Positions 1-10,308 are shown, counted from the first letter of the stretch. The stretch is 27,995 nucleotides of DNA from an uncultured Candidatus Cloacimonadota bacterium (GCA_964441785.1 CAYYLA010000001.1:9565-37559), one strand, 5' to 3'. Notes: a model not told the origin generated them from the letters alone. A program made the numbers and translations.

Positions 1-3000
1 GGTGGCATGATCCAATCTATCAGATTTTATCCTGAATATGATATTGATTGTATCGAAATTCCATTACAAGTTTGGATAGGAGAAACCGATCTGCAGATAT
101 TGGAAAATGCATCGATACCCGTAAGTGAACAACAGCTTGTTTATGATGACAATGTATCAGTCTACAGCGATTCTGATATCCTTGAAATCTACTTTGATCA
201 GCCATACTATTACACAGGTAAAAATTTGGTAGTTACGGTATTTCGTGATGATGATGAAATCTTTGGTAATTTTATCAATGCACCTTGTGTTTTTCGATAT
301 AATATTGATTTTGATGTGTTTAGGAGTACAAGCTTTTATGCTCATTACGAAAGTGATATAAATCCTGATGACTATCCTCAGGGTTGTATAAGCGAAGAGT
401 ATCCTCAAACAGAATTTATGATATATCGTAATAACAATGCTCAACTTTGTGGATCTATTTTGGATGATCAGGCTAATCCTATCCACGCTGCTTTGATCTC
501 TATCCCGGAACTAAATATTGAGGTGTTAAGTGATGAGAGTGGTTCCTACAATTTGCCATGGGTCTGGCAGGGTGAGTATGATATCGAAATCAGTAAAAAA
601 GGTTGGGAATCTACAACCGAAATTATTACAATTGAACCCGGCTCAAATGATTTTGATTATGTTCTTGAACCAATAACCTCTTTGGAAATTACAGGTTCCC
701 TTGTAGCTACAGATACCGGAGCAGATATAGCTAATGCAACTGTTTTGCTAACCAACGAAACGGGCTCTGACATCTGTTACTCCAATGACGAAGGTGATTT
801 TGCTTTTTCAGGGATTGTTCCTCAGTCATCATATGAGATAAAGATTGTAAGTCAGGGTTATCAACATTATGAAAATGAATTAAATATTGCAGATCAGAAT
901 CTTGACCTTGGTACAATTATGTTGAATGAACTTACCGCATCACCTGCTGATGTTGATGTCGATTATCAGGATGATGAAGCCGATATCTGTTGGTCTCAAT
1001 CAATTAATAATATTACAGAGACAATAACCGAAGGATTTGAATGTGATTCTATTCCTTATGGTTGGCAGCGTGTTATCACCAATTATGATTTACCAACCTT
1101 TCCTATGGGACCTACCTGGAATGCTACAGCCTATTCCAACGATAATTTCGAGCCTTTTGACAATAAACATATGGGACTATGGTGGTCTGATTTCCATCAG
1201 GATGAATGGTTGATTTCTCCACGATTCCAATGTGGAATGAACACCCTGCTACAGTTCTGGTCAGTTGTCTACGAGGGTTCTGATTATGATGATCATTTCA
1301 AGGTTGAAGTGAGTTGTGATTATGGAAATAGTTGGACCACAGTATGGGATGCAACAGCTCTAGATGGTAATGGCTGGAATTTCTATGATTATCCCTATTT
1401 TGTTGATCTTGATCAATTTGCCGGTGAACATATAAATATTGCTTTCCATGCTCAAGAACCAGATGGTTTCCCGGTTACCCAACCTAATGGTGGATTGTTC
1501 CATATCTGGTTAATCGATAATATTTCAATATATTCTCAAGGTGAAGTGGTCAGATTTAATGATAATCCAACCAGCAATGAGATCCAACCGGAAATTCAAT
1601 CTTGGTCTTCAGTATCTATCACCAAAAATGATCCAATGTTGCCACAAATATCACGTTTTAGTAATAATACTCGAGAATTCTGCAGTTATAATCTATACCG
1701 ATTAAGAGCTGGTATGGAGGATGACCATAGTGATTGGGAATTGATAGGTAATACAGGAAATACCTCATGGGCTGATAATACCTGGGCTGCTGTAGATTTT
1801 GGTCTTTATCGCTATGCAGTAACAGGGGTTTATTCTAATGCATTAGAATCATTACCTGCATTTTCAGCGATTATAAATCATCATTATGATGGGGCTGTTT
1901 ATGGTGTTGTCACTGATGCAGAATCAGGTTATCCGATTGAAAATGTTAGCGTTAGATGTGGAGAATATTTCACAGAAACTAATGCAGGAGGTTATTACCA
2001 ACTTTGTGTTGAACCTTCTCAATACAATCTGGAATTGTATCACCCCGATTATTTTCACTCTCTGGATAACTTTTTCTCAATCGAATCGAATAGTAGTTTG
2101 GAACTCAACTATAGTTTAAATGAAGCAGAGATGGCCTTTTTTGATGATTTTGAAAGCTATAATGCTTTCAGCTTGGATTTTGAGCCCTGGATAAATTGCG
2201 ATTATGATTATGATGATACTATCGGCTTAATAGAGATTTACTTTGAACATAATGGTTCACCGATGTCCTTTATGGTTTTTGATCCTTCGATGACAGAACC
2301 TGCTATTGATGGAATATCGGGGGTTGAACCTCTTTCTGGAAATCAATATTTGCTCTGTTGGCAGGCAATGTACACCGAAATTAACAACAACTGGTTGATA
2401 TCTCCAACAATTGAAATAGATGATAATTGCTATGTCGAATTTTGGGCTCGTACACTGCTGTATTGCGACAATGCTGCCCAGTTCCGTGTTGGTGTCTCTA
2501 CAGATGGTCGATTACCAGAAGATTTCACTTTCTATGATGATGGCCAATATCAGTCTGTTGAAGGTGAATGGATCAGGATGCATTATGATTTATCTCAATA
2601 CATTGGACAGGAGATTTCGATTGCAATTCAGTCAAATTATCAAGGTCATCGTGCTTTAATGTTGGATGATTTTGCGATAATTAAAAAGGCTGAAATCAGT
2701 GCTAGTAATAATGAAATGATTCCGGAGAAGATGGCGATAGCAGGTAATTATCCAAACCCATTCAATCCAGAAACTAGAATCGATTTTTATAACTCAAATG
2801 ATAATAAAAATGTGATGTTGGACATCTACAATATTAAGGGTCAGAAAGTAAAAACCTTAATAAATGGCAAAATGGCAGCAGGCTATCACTCGGTAATCTG
2901 GGATGGTAAAGATGATGCTGGTAATATAGTCAGCTCCGGTGTTTATTTCTGTCGAATCGAATCGACTGGCGAAATCGGAACAAGAAAAATGATGCTTCTG

Positions 3001-3006
3001 AAATAG
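1..3006 (+). CDS. Large secreted multidomain protein, 5'-partial: carboxypeptidase-regulatory-like Ig repeats, two cleaved-adhesin/choice-of-anchor-J-like domains, FN3-like segment, C-terminal FlgD-Ig/Por-type sorting domain
   Basis: Frame is open from base 1 (GGT GGC ATG) to TAG 3004-3006. No signal peptide at the ATG at 7, so the start is probably upstream of the window. Adhesin-like motifs DEWLISP and NNWLISP...FWAR; C-terminus 'GNYPNPFNPET...IYNIKGQKVKTL...WDGKDDAG...SSGVYF...KMMLLK'. Confidence 0.8.
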   Translation, partial: GGMIQSIRFYPEYDIDCIEIPLQVWIGETDLQILENASIPVSEQQLVYDDNVSVYSDSDILEIYFDQPYYYTGKNLVVTVFRDDDEIFGNFINAPCVFRYNIDFDVFRSTSFYAHYESDINPDDYPQGCISEEYPQTEFMIYRNNNAQLCGSILDDQANPIHAALISIPELNIEVLSDESGSYNLPWVWQGEYDIEISKKGWESTTEIITIEPGSNDFDYVLEPITSLEITGSLVATDTGADIANATVLLTNETGSDICYSNDEGDFAFSGIVPQSSYEIKIVSQGYQHYENELNIADQNLDLGTIMLNELTASPADVDVDYQDDEADICWSQSINNITETITEGFECDSIPYGWQRVITNYDLPTFPMGPTWNATAYSNDNFEPFDNKHMGLWWSDFHQDEWLISPRFQCGMNTLLQFWSVVYEGSDYDDHFKVEVSCDYGNSWTTVWDATALDGNGWNFYDYPYFVDLDQFAGEHINIAFHAQEPDGFPVTQPNGGLFHIWLIDNISIYSQGEVVRFNDNPTSNEIQPEIQSWSSVSITKNDPMLPQISRFSNNTREFCSYNLYRLRAGMEDDHSDWELIGNTGNTSWADNTWAAVDFGLYRYAVTGVYSNALESLPAFSAIINHHYDGAVYGVVTDAESGYPIENVSVRCGEYFTETNAGGYYQLCVEPSQYNLELYHPDYFHSLDNFFSIESNSSLELNYSLNEAEMAFFDDFESYNAFSLDFEPWINCDYDYDDTIGLIEIYFEHNGSPMSFMVFDPSMTEPAIDGISGVEPLSGNQYLLCWQAMYTEINNNWLISPTIEIDDNCYVEFWARTLLYCDNAAQFRVGVSTDGRLPEDFTFYDDGQYQSVEGEWIRMHYDLSQYIGQEISIAIQSNYQGHRALMLDDFAIIKKAEISASNNEMIPEKMAIAGNYPNPFNPETRIDFYNSNDNKNVMLDIYNIKGQKVKTLINGKMAAGYHSVIWDGKDDAGNIVSSGVYFCRIESTGEIGTRKMMLLK

Positions 3007-3020
3007 GAGGATTTATATTG

Positions 3021-3084
3021 GGAATTGCTATCCTGCCTTAATACATTATGATTGGATTAATGTACAGAAGGGGATAGCAATTCC
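3021..3084. other. Long imperfect inverted repeat between gene 1 and the receiver gene (possible terminator or RNA-processing stem)
   Basis: GGAATTGCTATCC (3021-3033) is the exact reverse complement of GGATAGCAATTCC (3072-3084); an inner TACATTA/TAATGTA pair extends the stem. Confidence 0.55.
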
Positions 3085-3095
3085 TGAAATTTATT

Positions 3096-3458
3096 ATGGA
3101 TAGTAAAATAATACTTATCATAGAGGATGAAATTCTCATTGCTTTCGATATTCAAGAATCCTTGAAGATGTCTGGATTTAAGCATATATTTATATTAACA
3201 AACTCAGTAGATGCAATCAGAATAGCTTCGGAGATCAAACCAGATATCATTATATCCGATATCAATATTGATGGTGATCTGGATGGTATTGATACGATCA
3301 GGTGTATCAGAGAACATGTAGATTCACATGTGATTTTTATGACAGCTAACAATTGTGATGATTGTCGTAGAAGAGCATCGGAGCAAGGGATGTTGGGCTA
3401 TTTCTTAAAACCACTGCATGTTCCGGAACTTTGCAATTTTGTATTGGGTTTATTTTGA
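3096..3458 (+). CDS. Single-domain response regulator (CheY-like receiver)
   Basis: IIEDE acidic pocket, IIISDINI phosphoacceptor strand, MTA and KP motifs; 120 aa with no output domain. Confidence 0.88.
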   Translation: MDSKIILIIEDEILIAFDIQESLKMSGFKHIFILTNSVDAIRIASEIKPDIIISDINIDGDLDGIDTIRCIREHVDSHVIFMTANNCDDCRRRASEQGMLGYFLKPLHVPELCNFVLGLF

Positions 3459-3646
3459 TCTTACTTCACCAGTATATCCGCAGGTTGAAAATTATTTTAT
3501 CACAATATAATAAATGTCTAACCTTTGATATTTAAAGCGAATCTAAGCTATTATAGACAGTTTAACTTCTACTGAAAGACTCTTGTTGATTATTCAAATT
3601 ATAATCGCTCAATTCAGGTTAAAAGTCTCCTGTAAAAATCTGATTC

Positions 3647-4693
3647 TTAATTGTTCAACGTTTGTTTTAGTTTTTGGATAGCCGTTGCTTTATCAAATTT
3701 AAGGATTTCGGAACGCATCCGATAATTTCTCTCTAGTTCTTCATCAGAAAAGAAGAGTTCGTCTCTTCTCGTACCACTTTCTCGAACATTTATGGCAGGG
3801 AAGATTCGTTCATCTGCCAAATCACGATCTAGTATGATTTCGCAATTACCCGTCCCCTTAAACTCTTGAAAAATCACATCATCCAATCGCGAACCTGTGT
3901 CCTTAAGTATGGTTGCTAATATTGAACAGGATCCACCTTCTTCGGTGTTTCGTGCTAATCCAAACAATTTCCGGGGAACACTCATTGCTTGTGCTCCTAA
4001 TCCACCTGACAGGGTTCTTCCTCTTGAATGGTTGTCGTTAAGGTTATAAGCTCGACTTAATCGGGTTAAACTATCAATCAGTATAACAATATCATTGCCG
4101 CATTCAACCTCGGTTTTTATGTGATTTATCAGTAAGCTGGACAGGATGATATGGGACTTTGTTCCCTTATCTAATGAACTGTGATATATCAAAGCATCTG
4201 TGCTTCGTTTAAAAGCGGTAACCTCTTCTGGTCGCTCATCTATCAGAAGAACAATTACTCTCAAATGGGGATCCAATTCTGCTAATCCATTGGCAATATC
4301 GGTTAATATCGTTGTTTTGCCAGATCGAGGAGGTGAAACAATTAAACCTCTGGTGCCTTTTCCAACCGGTGCAAATCTGTCAATTATGCGTAGTGAATCA
4401 CTTTGAGATTGTGAAAAATCAAATCGTGATTGAGGGTTGAGAGGCGTAAGTTTATCAAAATTATCTCTATTGGCAAATGCCTCAGGTTTTCTTCCTGCAA
4501 TGGATAAAATTGTCTCTATCGAGCCATTATTGATAGTGCATGTAATTCTTGTACCACTTACAAGCTTGTATCTTGAGATAAAACGCCTTGGTATGATTAT
4601 ATTGAAGGAATTTTTATCAAATGGGATTTCCCATAAGCGTGGTTCATGATTTCGGGCGATATTTATGATGCCAGTAACTTTATTTTTTTTCAT
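3647..4693 (-). CDS. rho: Transcription termination factor Rho, short form
   Basis: GKGTRGLIVSPPRSGKTT P-loop, LLIDERPEEVT, IDSLTRLSRAYN, TLSGG, IFQEFKGTGN, RIFPAINVRESGTRRDEL; 348 aa with a reduced N-terminus. Confidence 0.92.
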   Translation of the reverse strand: MKKNKVTGIINIARNHEPRLWEIPFDKNSFNIIIPRRFISRYKLVSGTRITCTINNGSIETILSIAGRKPEAFANRDNFDKLTPLNPQSRFDFSQSQSDSLRIIDRFAPVGKGTRGLIVSPPRSGKTTILTDIANGLAELDPHLRVIVLLIDERPEEVTAFKRSTDALIYHSSLDKGTKSHIILSSLLINHIKTEVECGNDIVILIDSLTRLSRAYNLNDNHSRGRTLSGGLGAQAMSVPRKLFGLARNTEEGGSCSILATILKDTGSRLDDVIFQEFKGTGNCEIILDRDLADERIFPAINVRESGTRRDELFFSDEELERNYRMRSEILKFDKATAIQKLKQTLNN

Positions 4694-4906
4694 ATCTCAA
4701 TAAATCCTTTTGCTTCTATTGCGTCAAGCATTCATACCATGTGATGTTGTAAAGAAATAAAGCGGAGGTGTAACTTAAATTACAACAAAATCGAAAGTGA
4801 AATGCCTGGGTTTGATATAAATAATTGTTCTGTATGTAAATAGCTCTTTACAGTAAAAGGGAATAAATTTTGCTTTACCAATAATAAAAGAAAAATTCAT
4901 CTGGAG

Positions 4907-6571
4907 ATGATGATGGATAAACGTATTCAAGAAATATGGGATAAGATCCCGGGATTATCTGATAAAGAGAGATTCAATGAGTTAGTAAACACTGCTAATT
5001 ATGCTTGGAGAATCAACGAACTTAAAAGTAGTGAGGAATTGCTGGCTGAAGCGAAGAAGACCGATTCGTTGCAAAACAATAAAGAAAACCTTGCTAAAAT
5101 TCTTGGGATTGAAGCAAAAATTGCTTACTCCAGAAATATGCTTGATCAGGCCTTGGAAAAATCCATTGAAGCTTTAAATATCTATGGTAATACTGGAAAT
5201 CCATTGGATGCTTCCAGAATTTTGAACAATATCGGTGTTTTTTATTCTGTTATAGAACTAAATGACAAAGCGTTGGAGTATTTTCTTGAGAGTAATAAAC
5301 GTAATCCTGACGATCCATTGCCTTTGAGTAATGCTGGAGAGATATATGAACGAAAGGGAAATTTTACCAGAGCATTGGATCTATTTTTGCAAGCGCTTGA
5401 TTTATCCAAAAAACAGGAAAATAAGTCATTAGGTACGATCTGTACTAATCTTGGTAGTGTATATTATGATCTCCAAGAGATAGAAAAGGGTCGGGAATTT
5501 TATAAGCTTGGATTGAAGGAGAATCTGGATAAAGGCTTAAAAACAGGAATTATCATGGCCTGGCTGGGTTTGGGTCGTTATCATTACTTTAACGATGATT
5601 ACGATAACACTCTTGAATTCTATAATAAGGCGATGACTCTGGCAGAAGAGGTTGATAATGATGAGTATACTGGTTTCTGTTTCAAACGCTATATAGAGTT
5701 ATATGAGAAACAGGAGGATTTTGAAAATCTAAGTATCTATCTTCGTAAACAGCTTGAATTAAGAGAAAAAGTTTTCTTTAGTAAAGTAACGCGTCGTTTT
5801 ATGGAGATTGAAACTGCGATCAAAAGTGAAAAGAAAGAGTTGGAAGCGAAACAGATGGTTGAGAAAAGTGCACGATTAGCCTCCATTGGGGTGATGGCAG
5901 CCGGGATAACACACGAAATTAATCAGCCTCTAAGTGCTATAAAGGTTTGTTCCGACAGTATGCAATTCTGGGATAAGCGCAATCCTGGTAATATACCGGA
6001 TCACTTCAAACTGGAACTTAAACAGATCTCCAGAGGTGTGGATAGGATCGATGAAATTATCAGACATATGAGATCCTTCTGGGTTACTCCTGATTTGCAG
6101 GTAACAGATTTACTTAATCTTAATGATATTATTACATACGCTCTCAGTCTTATTGAAAGACAGATACGTTCTCATGGAATTGAATTGCGCCTTAATCTGT
6201 GCAATGATATCCCTATGGTTCGAGTAAATCAAACCCATGCTGAACAAATTGTTATTAATCTGGTAACTAATTCTATGCATTCATTGGATGAAATTGATCG
6301 TGAGGAGAAATACATAACCTTGACGACTATTTGCAGGGATAATAAAATTTATTTTAATGTGGAAGATAATGGGAAGGGTATTCCCCAGGAGTATATCAGC
6401 CAGATTTTTGATCCTTTTTACTCAACCCGAAAACCGGGTAAGGGTATGGGCTTGGGACTTGCAATTGTCAAACAGTACCTGGATGAGATGAATGGTAAGA
6501 TAGAGGTTATAAATCGTGAAAAAGGGGTCGTGTTTAAAATGACACTTCCACCAGCAGGAATTAGAGAATGA
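4907..6571 (+). CDS. Soluble TPR-repeat sensor histidine kinase (NtrB-like HisKA + HATPase)
   Basis: N-terminal TPRs (LNNIGVFY, CTNLGSVY); H-box AAGITHEINQPL, N-box QIVINLVTNS, EDNGKGI, F-box FDPFYSTR, GMGLGL; no transmembrane helix; stop overlaps the next start (ATGA). Confidence 0.93.
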   Translation: MMMDKRIQEIWDKIPGLSDKERFNELVNTANYAWRINELKSSEELLAEAKKTDSLQNNKENLAKILGIEAKIAYSRNMLDQALEKSIEALNIYGNTGNPLDASRILNNIGVFYSVIELNDKALEYFLESNKRNPDDPLPLSNAGEIYERKGNFTRALDLFLQALDLSKKQENKSLGTICTNLGSVYYDLQEIEKGREFYKLGLKENLDKGLKTGIIMAWLGLGRYHYFNDDYDNTLEFYNKAMTLAEEVDNDEYTGFCFKRYIELYEKQEDFENLSIYLRKQLELREKVFFSKVTRRFMEIETAIKSEKKELEAKQMVEKSARLASIGVMAAGITHEINQPLSAIKVCSDSMQFWDKRNPGNIPDHFKLELKQISRGVDRIDEIIRHMRSFWVTPDLQVTDLLNLNDIITYALSLIERQIRSHGIELRLNLCNDIPMVRVNQTHAEQIVINLVTNSMHSLDEIDREEKYITLTTICRDNKIYFNVEDNGKGIPQEYISQIFDPFYSTRKPGKGMGLGLAIVKQYLDEMNGKIEVINREKGVVFKMTLPPAGIRE

Positions 6572-8013
6572 GAATATTATTAGTAGATGATGATCCCCTC
6601 AGCAGGGAATCGATTTCAAGTTTTTTACAGAATTATCTTAATCATGATGTTGTAGAAGCAGAGAATAGCAAAATAGGTTATGAGTATTATGAGAAGTCGT
6701 TCTTTCCCATCATTATTTCGGATATAAGAATGCCGGGTATGTCTGGTATCGGGTTATTGGAAAAGATTAAAGAACATCCCAGGGGTAGTAGTACCGAAAT
6801 GGTTATGATTACAGGTTTTGGAGATGTGAAAACCAGTATTCAGGCATTACGTAAGGGCGCTTTTGATTATATGCTCAAACCCATTGATGTTGAAGAACTT
6901 TCGCTGATCATTGATAAAATTTCTGAAAAACAACGACTCGTTGCCGAAAATGACGATCTTAAAAAGGATCTCGATAATAAGATCAAGGAATCGACTAAAG
7001 AATTGGAGCATAAACTGAAACAATATCAATCTGCTTATTCCGAAGTAATGGGACTGGGTCCGGTAGGTATTTTCTCGGACCAGATTAAGCGGATTGAATC
7101 ATTATGTGAGAAATTTCATAAGGATCGTGATATTCCTGTATTGATTGAAGGAGAAACAGGAACAGGGAAAGAAGTTTTCAGCCATATGATTCACTATTTT
7201 AAGAATCGGGATCAAGAGCAGGGGCCATTGATAACATTGAATTGTTCTGCTATTTCACCTACATTATTCGAAAGTGAATTATTCGGTTATGATGAAGGTG
7301 CATTTACTGGTGCGAGAAAAAAAGGTGCACCGGGAAAATTGGAACTTGCTCAGGGGGGCACACTGTTTCTGGATGAAATCGGTGATCTGCCTTTGAGTAT
7401 GCAACCAAAGCTTTTGCGTGTGCTTCAAGATAAAACCATGTACCGTATCAGTGGAACAAAACCTGTTAATCTGGATGTGAGATTTATTTTTGCTACGAAT
7501 CATGACCTACAGAAGAAGATAAAAGAAGGTACCTTCAGAAAAGACTTATATTACAGGATTAATACCGGATCAATCTATCTCCCTCCTCTGAGGAAACGCA
7601 GGGATGATATTATCCCTCTTGCCAATATGTTCCTGTCTCATTTTACTAAAATTAAAGGTAGTAAACCCCGAATCCTTTCTAAAGATGCTGTAACATATCT
7701 GGAAGAATATAACTGGCCTGGAAATGTAAGAGAATTAAAAAATGCAATTGAACGACTGATATTGCTGACGGATGATTCACATATTAATAAGGATCACCTG
7801 AAATTCCTATCCAATAATGAGGAACTGGACGATATAGATGAACGAAGCCTGGTTTTACATTTCCCTCATGATGGGCTGGATTTTAAAGAAATAGAACTGG
7901 CTGTTTTTAGAAAAGTTCTTTATTTAGTGGGAGATAATAAATCCAAGGCAGCGCAATTTCTGAATATCTCGCGAAACACCATCTATAACAAATTGAAGGA
8001 AGAGGATAATTGA
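6568..8013 (+). CDS. Sigma54-dependent NtrC/AtoC-family response regulator (REC-AAA+-Fis HTH)
   Basis: REC domain (VDDD, SDIRMP); VLIEGETGTGKE, FESELFGYDEGAFTGA, GGTLFLDEIG, YNWPGNVRELKN; C-terminal NKSKAAQFLNISRNTIYNKL. Confidence 0.96.
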   Translation: MRILLVDDDPLSRESISSFLQNYLNHDVVEAENSKIGYEYYEKSFFPIIISDIRMPGMSGIGLLEKIKEHPRGSSTEMVMITGFGDVKTSIQALRKGAFDYMLKPIDVEELSLIIDKISEKQRLVAENDDLKKDLDNKIKESTKELEHKLKQYQSAYSEVMGLGPVGIFSDQIKRIESLCEKFHKDRDIPVLIEGETGTGKEVFSHMIHYFKNRDQEQGPLITLNCSAISPTLFESELFGYDEGAFTGARKKGAPGKLELAQGGTLFLDEIGDLPLSMQPKLLRVLQDKTMYRISGTKPVNLDVRFIFATNHDLQKKIKEGTFRKDLYYRINTGSIYLPPLRKRRDDIIPLANMFLSHFTKIKGSKPRILSKDAVTYLEEYNWPGNVRELKNAIERLILLTDDSHINKDHLKFLSNNEELDDIDERSLVLHFPHDGLDFKEIELAVFRKVLYLVGDNKSKAAQFLNISRNTIYNKLKEEDN

Positions 8014-8027
8014 TCAAATTTTGGGCA
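8011..8027 (+). promoter_or_regulatory. Candidate enhancer (UAS) motif TGATCAAATTTTGGGCA
   Basis: 17-mer pseudo-palindrome starting 136 nt before the -24 GG at 8147; 14/17 identical to 13758-13774 and 13/17 to 10260-10276. Confidence 0.45.
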
Positions 8028-8145
8028 TGATATTCATTTATTAGACAAAATAAATAATTTTGTCACATCTGAGATTTTTTGAAACATGATGTAACTCTTT
8101 TAATGGCAAATAGATGTCTTTGAATTAATATTTTCTTTTATCACT

Positions 8146-8161
8146 TGGAACAAGTCTTGTT
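8146..8161 (+). promoter_or_regulatory. Sigma54-type promoter (-24/-12)
   Basis: TGGAACAAGTCTTGTT: GG at 8147-48 with GT (variant of GC) exactly 12 nt later; upstream of the receiver and kinase 2 genes. Confidence 0.55.
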
Positions 8162-8184
8162 TATAAATTATCATGAGGGATGTT

Positions 8185-8535
8185 ATGAAAACAAAAATCA
8201 TGATAGTAGATGATAATATTTTAAGCTTAGACAGTATCTATCTGTCGCTAAAAAGCCATGGCTTTGTCGTAAGCACATTTTCATCACCATTAAAAGCATT
8301 AAGTGCTTTTGCCAATGAGCGTTTTGATGCGGTATTGAGTGATTACTACATGCCGGAGATGCGCGGAGATGAGCTGTTAAACAAGATCAAGAGTATCGAT
8401 CCAGATGTGAAGACATTCCTTTTTTCCGGTTATATTTCATCCAGCATTATGGAAAATCTGGATCTCGAGATAGCTGGAACTTTCCTGAAAAAACCCCTTG
8501 ATATAACACAAATTATCATGGCTCTGGAAGATTGA
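8185..8535 (+). CDS. Single-domain response regulator (CheY-like receiver)
   Basis: IVDDN, VLSDYYMP, FSG and KKP motifs. ATG 8185 preferred over 8173 because GAGGGA (8175-80) lies between the two. Confidence 0.88.
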   Translation: MKTKIMIVDDNILSLDSIYLSLKSHGFVVSTFSSPLKALSAFANERFDAVLSDYYMPEMRGDELLNKIKSIDPDVKTFLFSGYISSSIMENLDLEIAGTFLKKPLDITQIIMALED

Positions 8536-8586
8536 TTCTCTTGCTTCCATAAATTCAATTGTCAAAACCTGATCCAAAAGTAAAAT

Positions 8587-10257
8587 ATGTCTGAGGTTAA
8601 TATGCAAACAAAGGATAGTGATTTAGTTAGAAAATTAGCAGAAACGTCAGGTAGAGAGCGTATAGATGTTTTGCTGGAATTATCACATCATAACTGGGAA
8701 ACAGGTAAATTGATCCAGGCTTGGGATTATGTACAGGAAGCGCAATTTCTTTCGGAAGAATCAGGATATGAGATGGGGGTTGGTCAGGCACATGGGTGTA
8801 AGGCGAAGATCCATTATTCAGGGAACAAGATTGATCAGGCTTTAGAAGAGGGGTTTATTGCCCTCAGTATTTTCAGGAAAATCAATGATAAAATCGGTTT
8901 ATCAACTGTTATGAATAACCTCGGTGTTTTTCATTCTGCTATGGGTATGAAAAAAAGGTCCTTGGATTATTATCATCAAAGTAATGAGCTGGATCCTGAT
9001 AATGTGTTTGCAATTAATAATATAGGCGAGATTCTTGAAGAAGATGGTAAGGTTGACGAAGCTCTTGCTTATTATTTGAAAACAAGAGATATGGCAGAAA
9101 ATATGAAATCAAACCGAGTTTTATGTCTCGTTCATCACAATCTCGGTCGGATTTATACGGTTTTCGAGGATTACGAAAAAGCATTGAAAATGTTTGATAT
9201 CGCTTTGAAATGGAGTATTGAACTTAATCTTAATTATGATTTTATTAACACGAATATCGGTATAGGTGAGATTCATCGTATTTATGGGGATTTTGATAAA
9301 GCACAGGAGTTCCTGCTGATAGCATTGAAAAAAGCAGATACAATAGATAATGATGAATATCGTAGCTTCTGTTATACCAGCCTCATTAAACTCTACAAAG
9401 CATCAAAAAATGTTAATGAACAGAATAAATATCTTGAACTTCAACTTGAGGTTAACAAACGATTATATTCGGGTAAAGTAACCGATAAACTTGTTCAATT
9501 GGAGGCTGCTTATAATCTGGAGAAGAAGGATCTTGAATCCAGAAAACTGATAGAACAGAGTGCAAAACTCGCCTCAATCGGTGTAATGGCAGCCGGGATT
9601 ACCCATGAGATTAATCAACCACTTAATGCTATCAAAGTAAGTGCTGATAGTATTCTCTTCTGGGATAAACGTAATAAGGGCGTTATCCCCGATCTTTTTA
9701 TCAAAGAATTGAACAATATATCAAAAGGTGCGCTTCGTATCGATGAAATCATTCAACACATGCGATCATTCTGGATTACGCCAGACTTTCATGTAGAATC
9801 TGTTATTGACGTTAATGATGCTGTTGAAAGTGGCCTTTCTCTCTTAAAAAGACAGATAAGTGCCCATGGGATAAATCTGCGTAAATATCTTGCACAGGAA
9901 AAATTATTGATTAAAGCTGATATGATCTATCTTGAACAGATTGTTATAAATCTGGTTACTAATTCTATTACTGCCTTGGATAAAACCGGGAAATCTGATA
10001 AATATGTGGCAATCTTAACATCTCTTGTTAATAATAATGTTCATATCGTTTTCAGGGATAATGGAACCGGAATTTCTACTGAAAAATTGGAGCAACTATA
10101 TGATCCTTTTTATTCAACCAGTGCGCCGGGAAATGGCATGGGCCTGGGTTTAGCTATTGTTAAATACTATCTGGATAGATGTTCGGGCAGGATTGTGGCT
10201 GAAAATAATGAAGAGGGCGGCGCTACTTTTAAATTGATTTTTCCCTTAACTAACTGA
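8587..10257 (+). CDS. Second soluble TPR-repeat sensor histidine kinase, paralog of 4907-6571
   Basis: TPRs (MNNLGVFH, HHNLGRIY); shares ASIGVMAAGITHEINQPL, FWDKRN, HMRSFWxTPD and GMGLGLAIVK with kinase 1; no transmembrane helix. Confidence 0.93.
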   Translation: MSEVNMQTKDSDLVRKLAETSGRERIDVLLELSHHNWETGKLIQAWDYVQEAQFLSEESGYEMGVGQAHGCKAKIHYSGNKIDQALEEGFIALSIFRKINDKIGLSTVMNNLGVFHSAMGMKKRSLDYYHQSNELDPDNVFAINNIGEILEEDGKVDEALAYYLKTRDMAENMKSNRVLCLVHHNLGRIYTVFEDYEKALKMFDIALKWSIELNLNYDFINTNIGIGEIHRIYGDFDKAQEFLLIALKKADTIDNDEYRSFCYTSLIKLYKASKNVNEQNKYLELQLEVNKRLYSGKVTDKLVQLEAAYNLEKKDLESRKLIEQSAKLASIGVMAAGITHEINQPLNAIKVSADSILFWDKRNKGVIPDLFIKELNNISKGALRIDEIIQHMRSFWITPDFHVESVIDVNDAVESGLSLLKRQISAHGINLRKYLAQEKLLIKADMIYLEQIVINLVTNSITALDKTGKSDKYVAILTSLVNNNVHIVFRDNGTGISTEKLEQLYDPFYSTSAPGNGMGLGLAIVKYYLDRCSGRIVAENNEEGGATFKLIFPLTN

Positions 10258-10259
10258 TT

Positions 10260-10308
10260 TGTTGAAATTTGAGGCATAATTTTTTTTTACTGCAAATAAT
10301 TTGAGCAA
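10260..10308 (+). promoter_or_regulatory. Candidate paired enhancer (UAS) sites
   Basis: TGTTGAAATTTGAGGCA (10260-76) and a weaker GCAAATAATTTTGAGCA (10292-308), 169 and 137 nt before the -24 GG at 10429. Confidence 0.4.

Noticed and set aside
2740-3006. Claim that a type IX secretion system exports these proteins
   Set aside because: The C-terminal domains resemble FlgD-Ig/Por-type sorting domains, but no T9SS components are in the window, so the export route cannot be assigned.
4804-4820. Reverse-orientation copy of the UAS motif upstream of rho/kinase 1 (TGCCTGGGTTTGATATA)
   Set aside because: Needs a gap to align and has no sigma54 box at a suitable distance.
3458-10257. Sec readthrough at the TGA stops of the signalling genes
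   Set aside because: No adjacent Cys motif, no YGT-loop hairpin, domains already complete, and further in-frame stops follow quickly.
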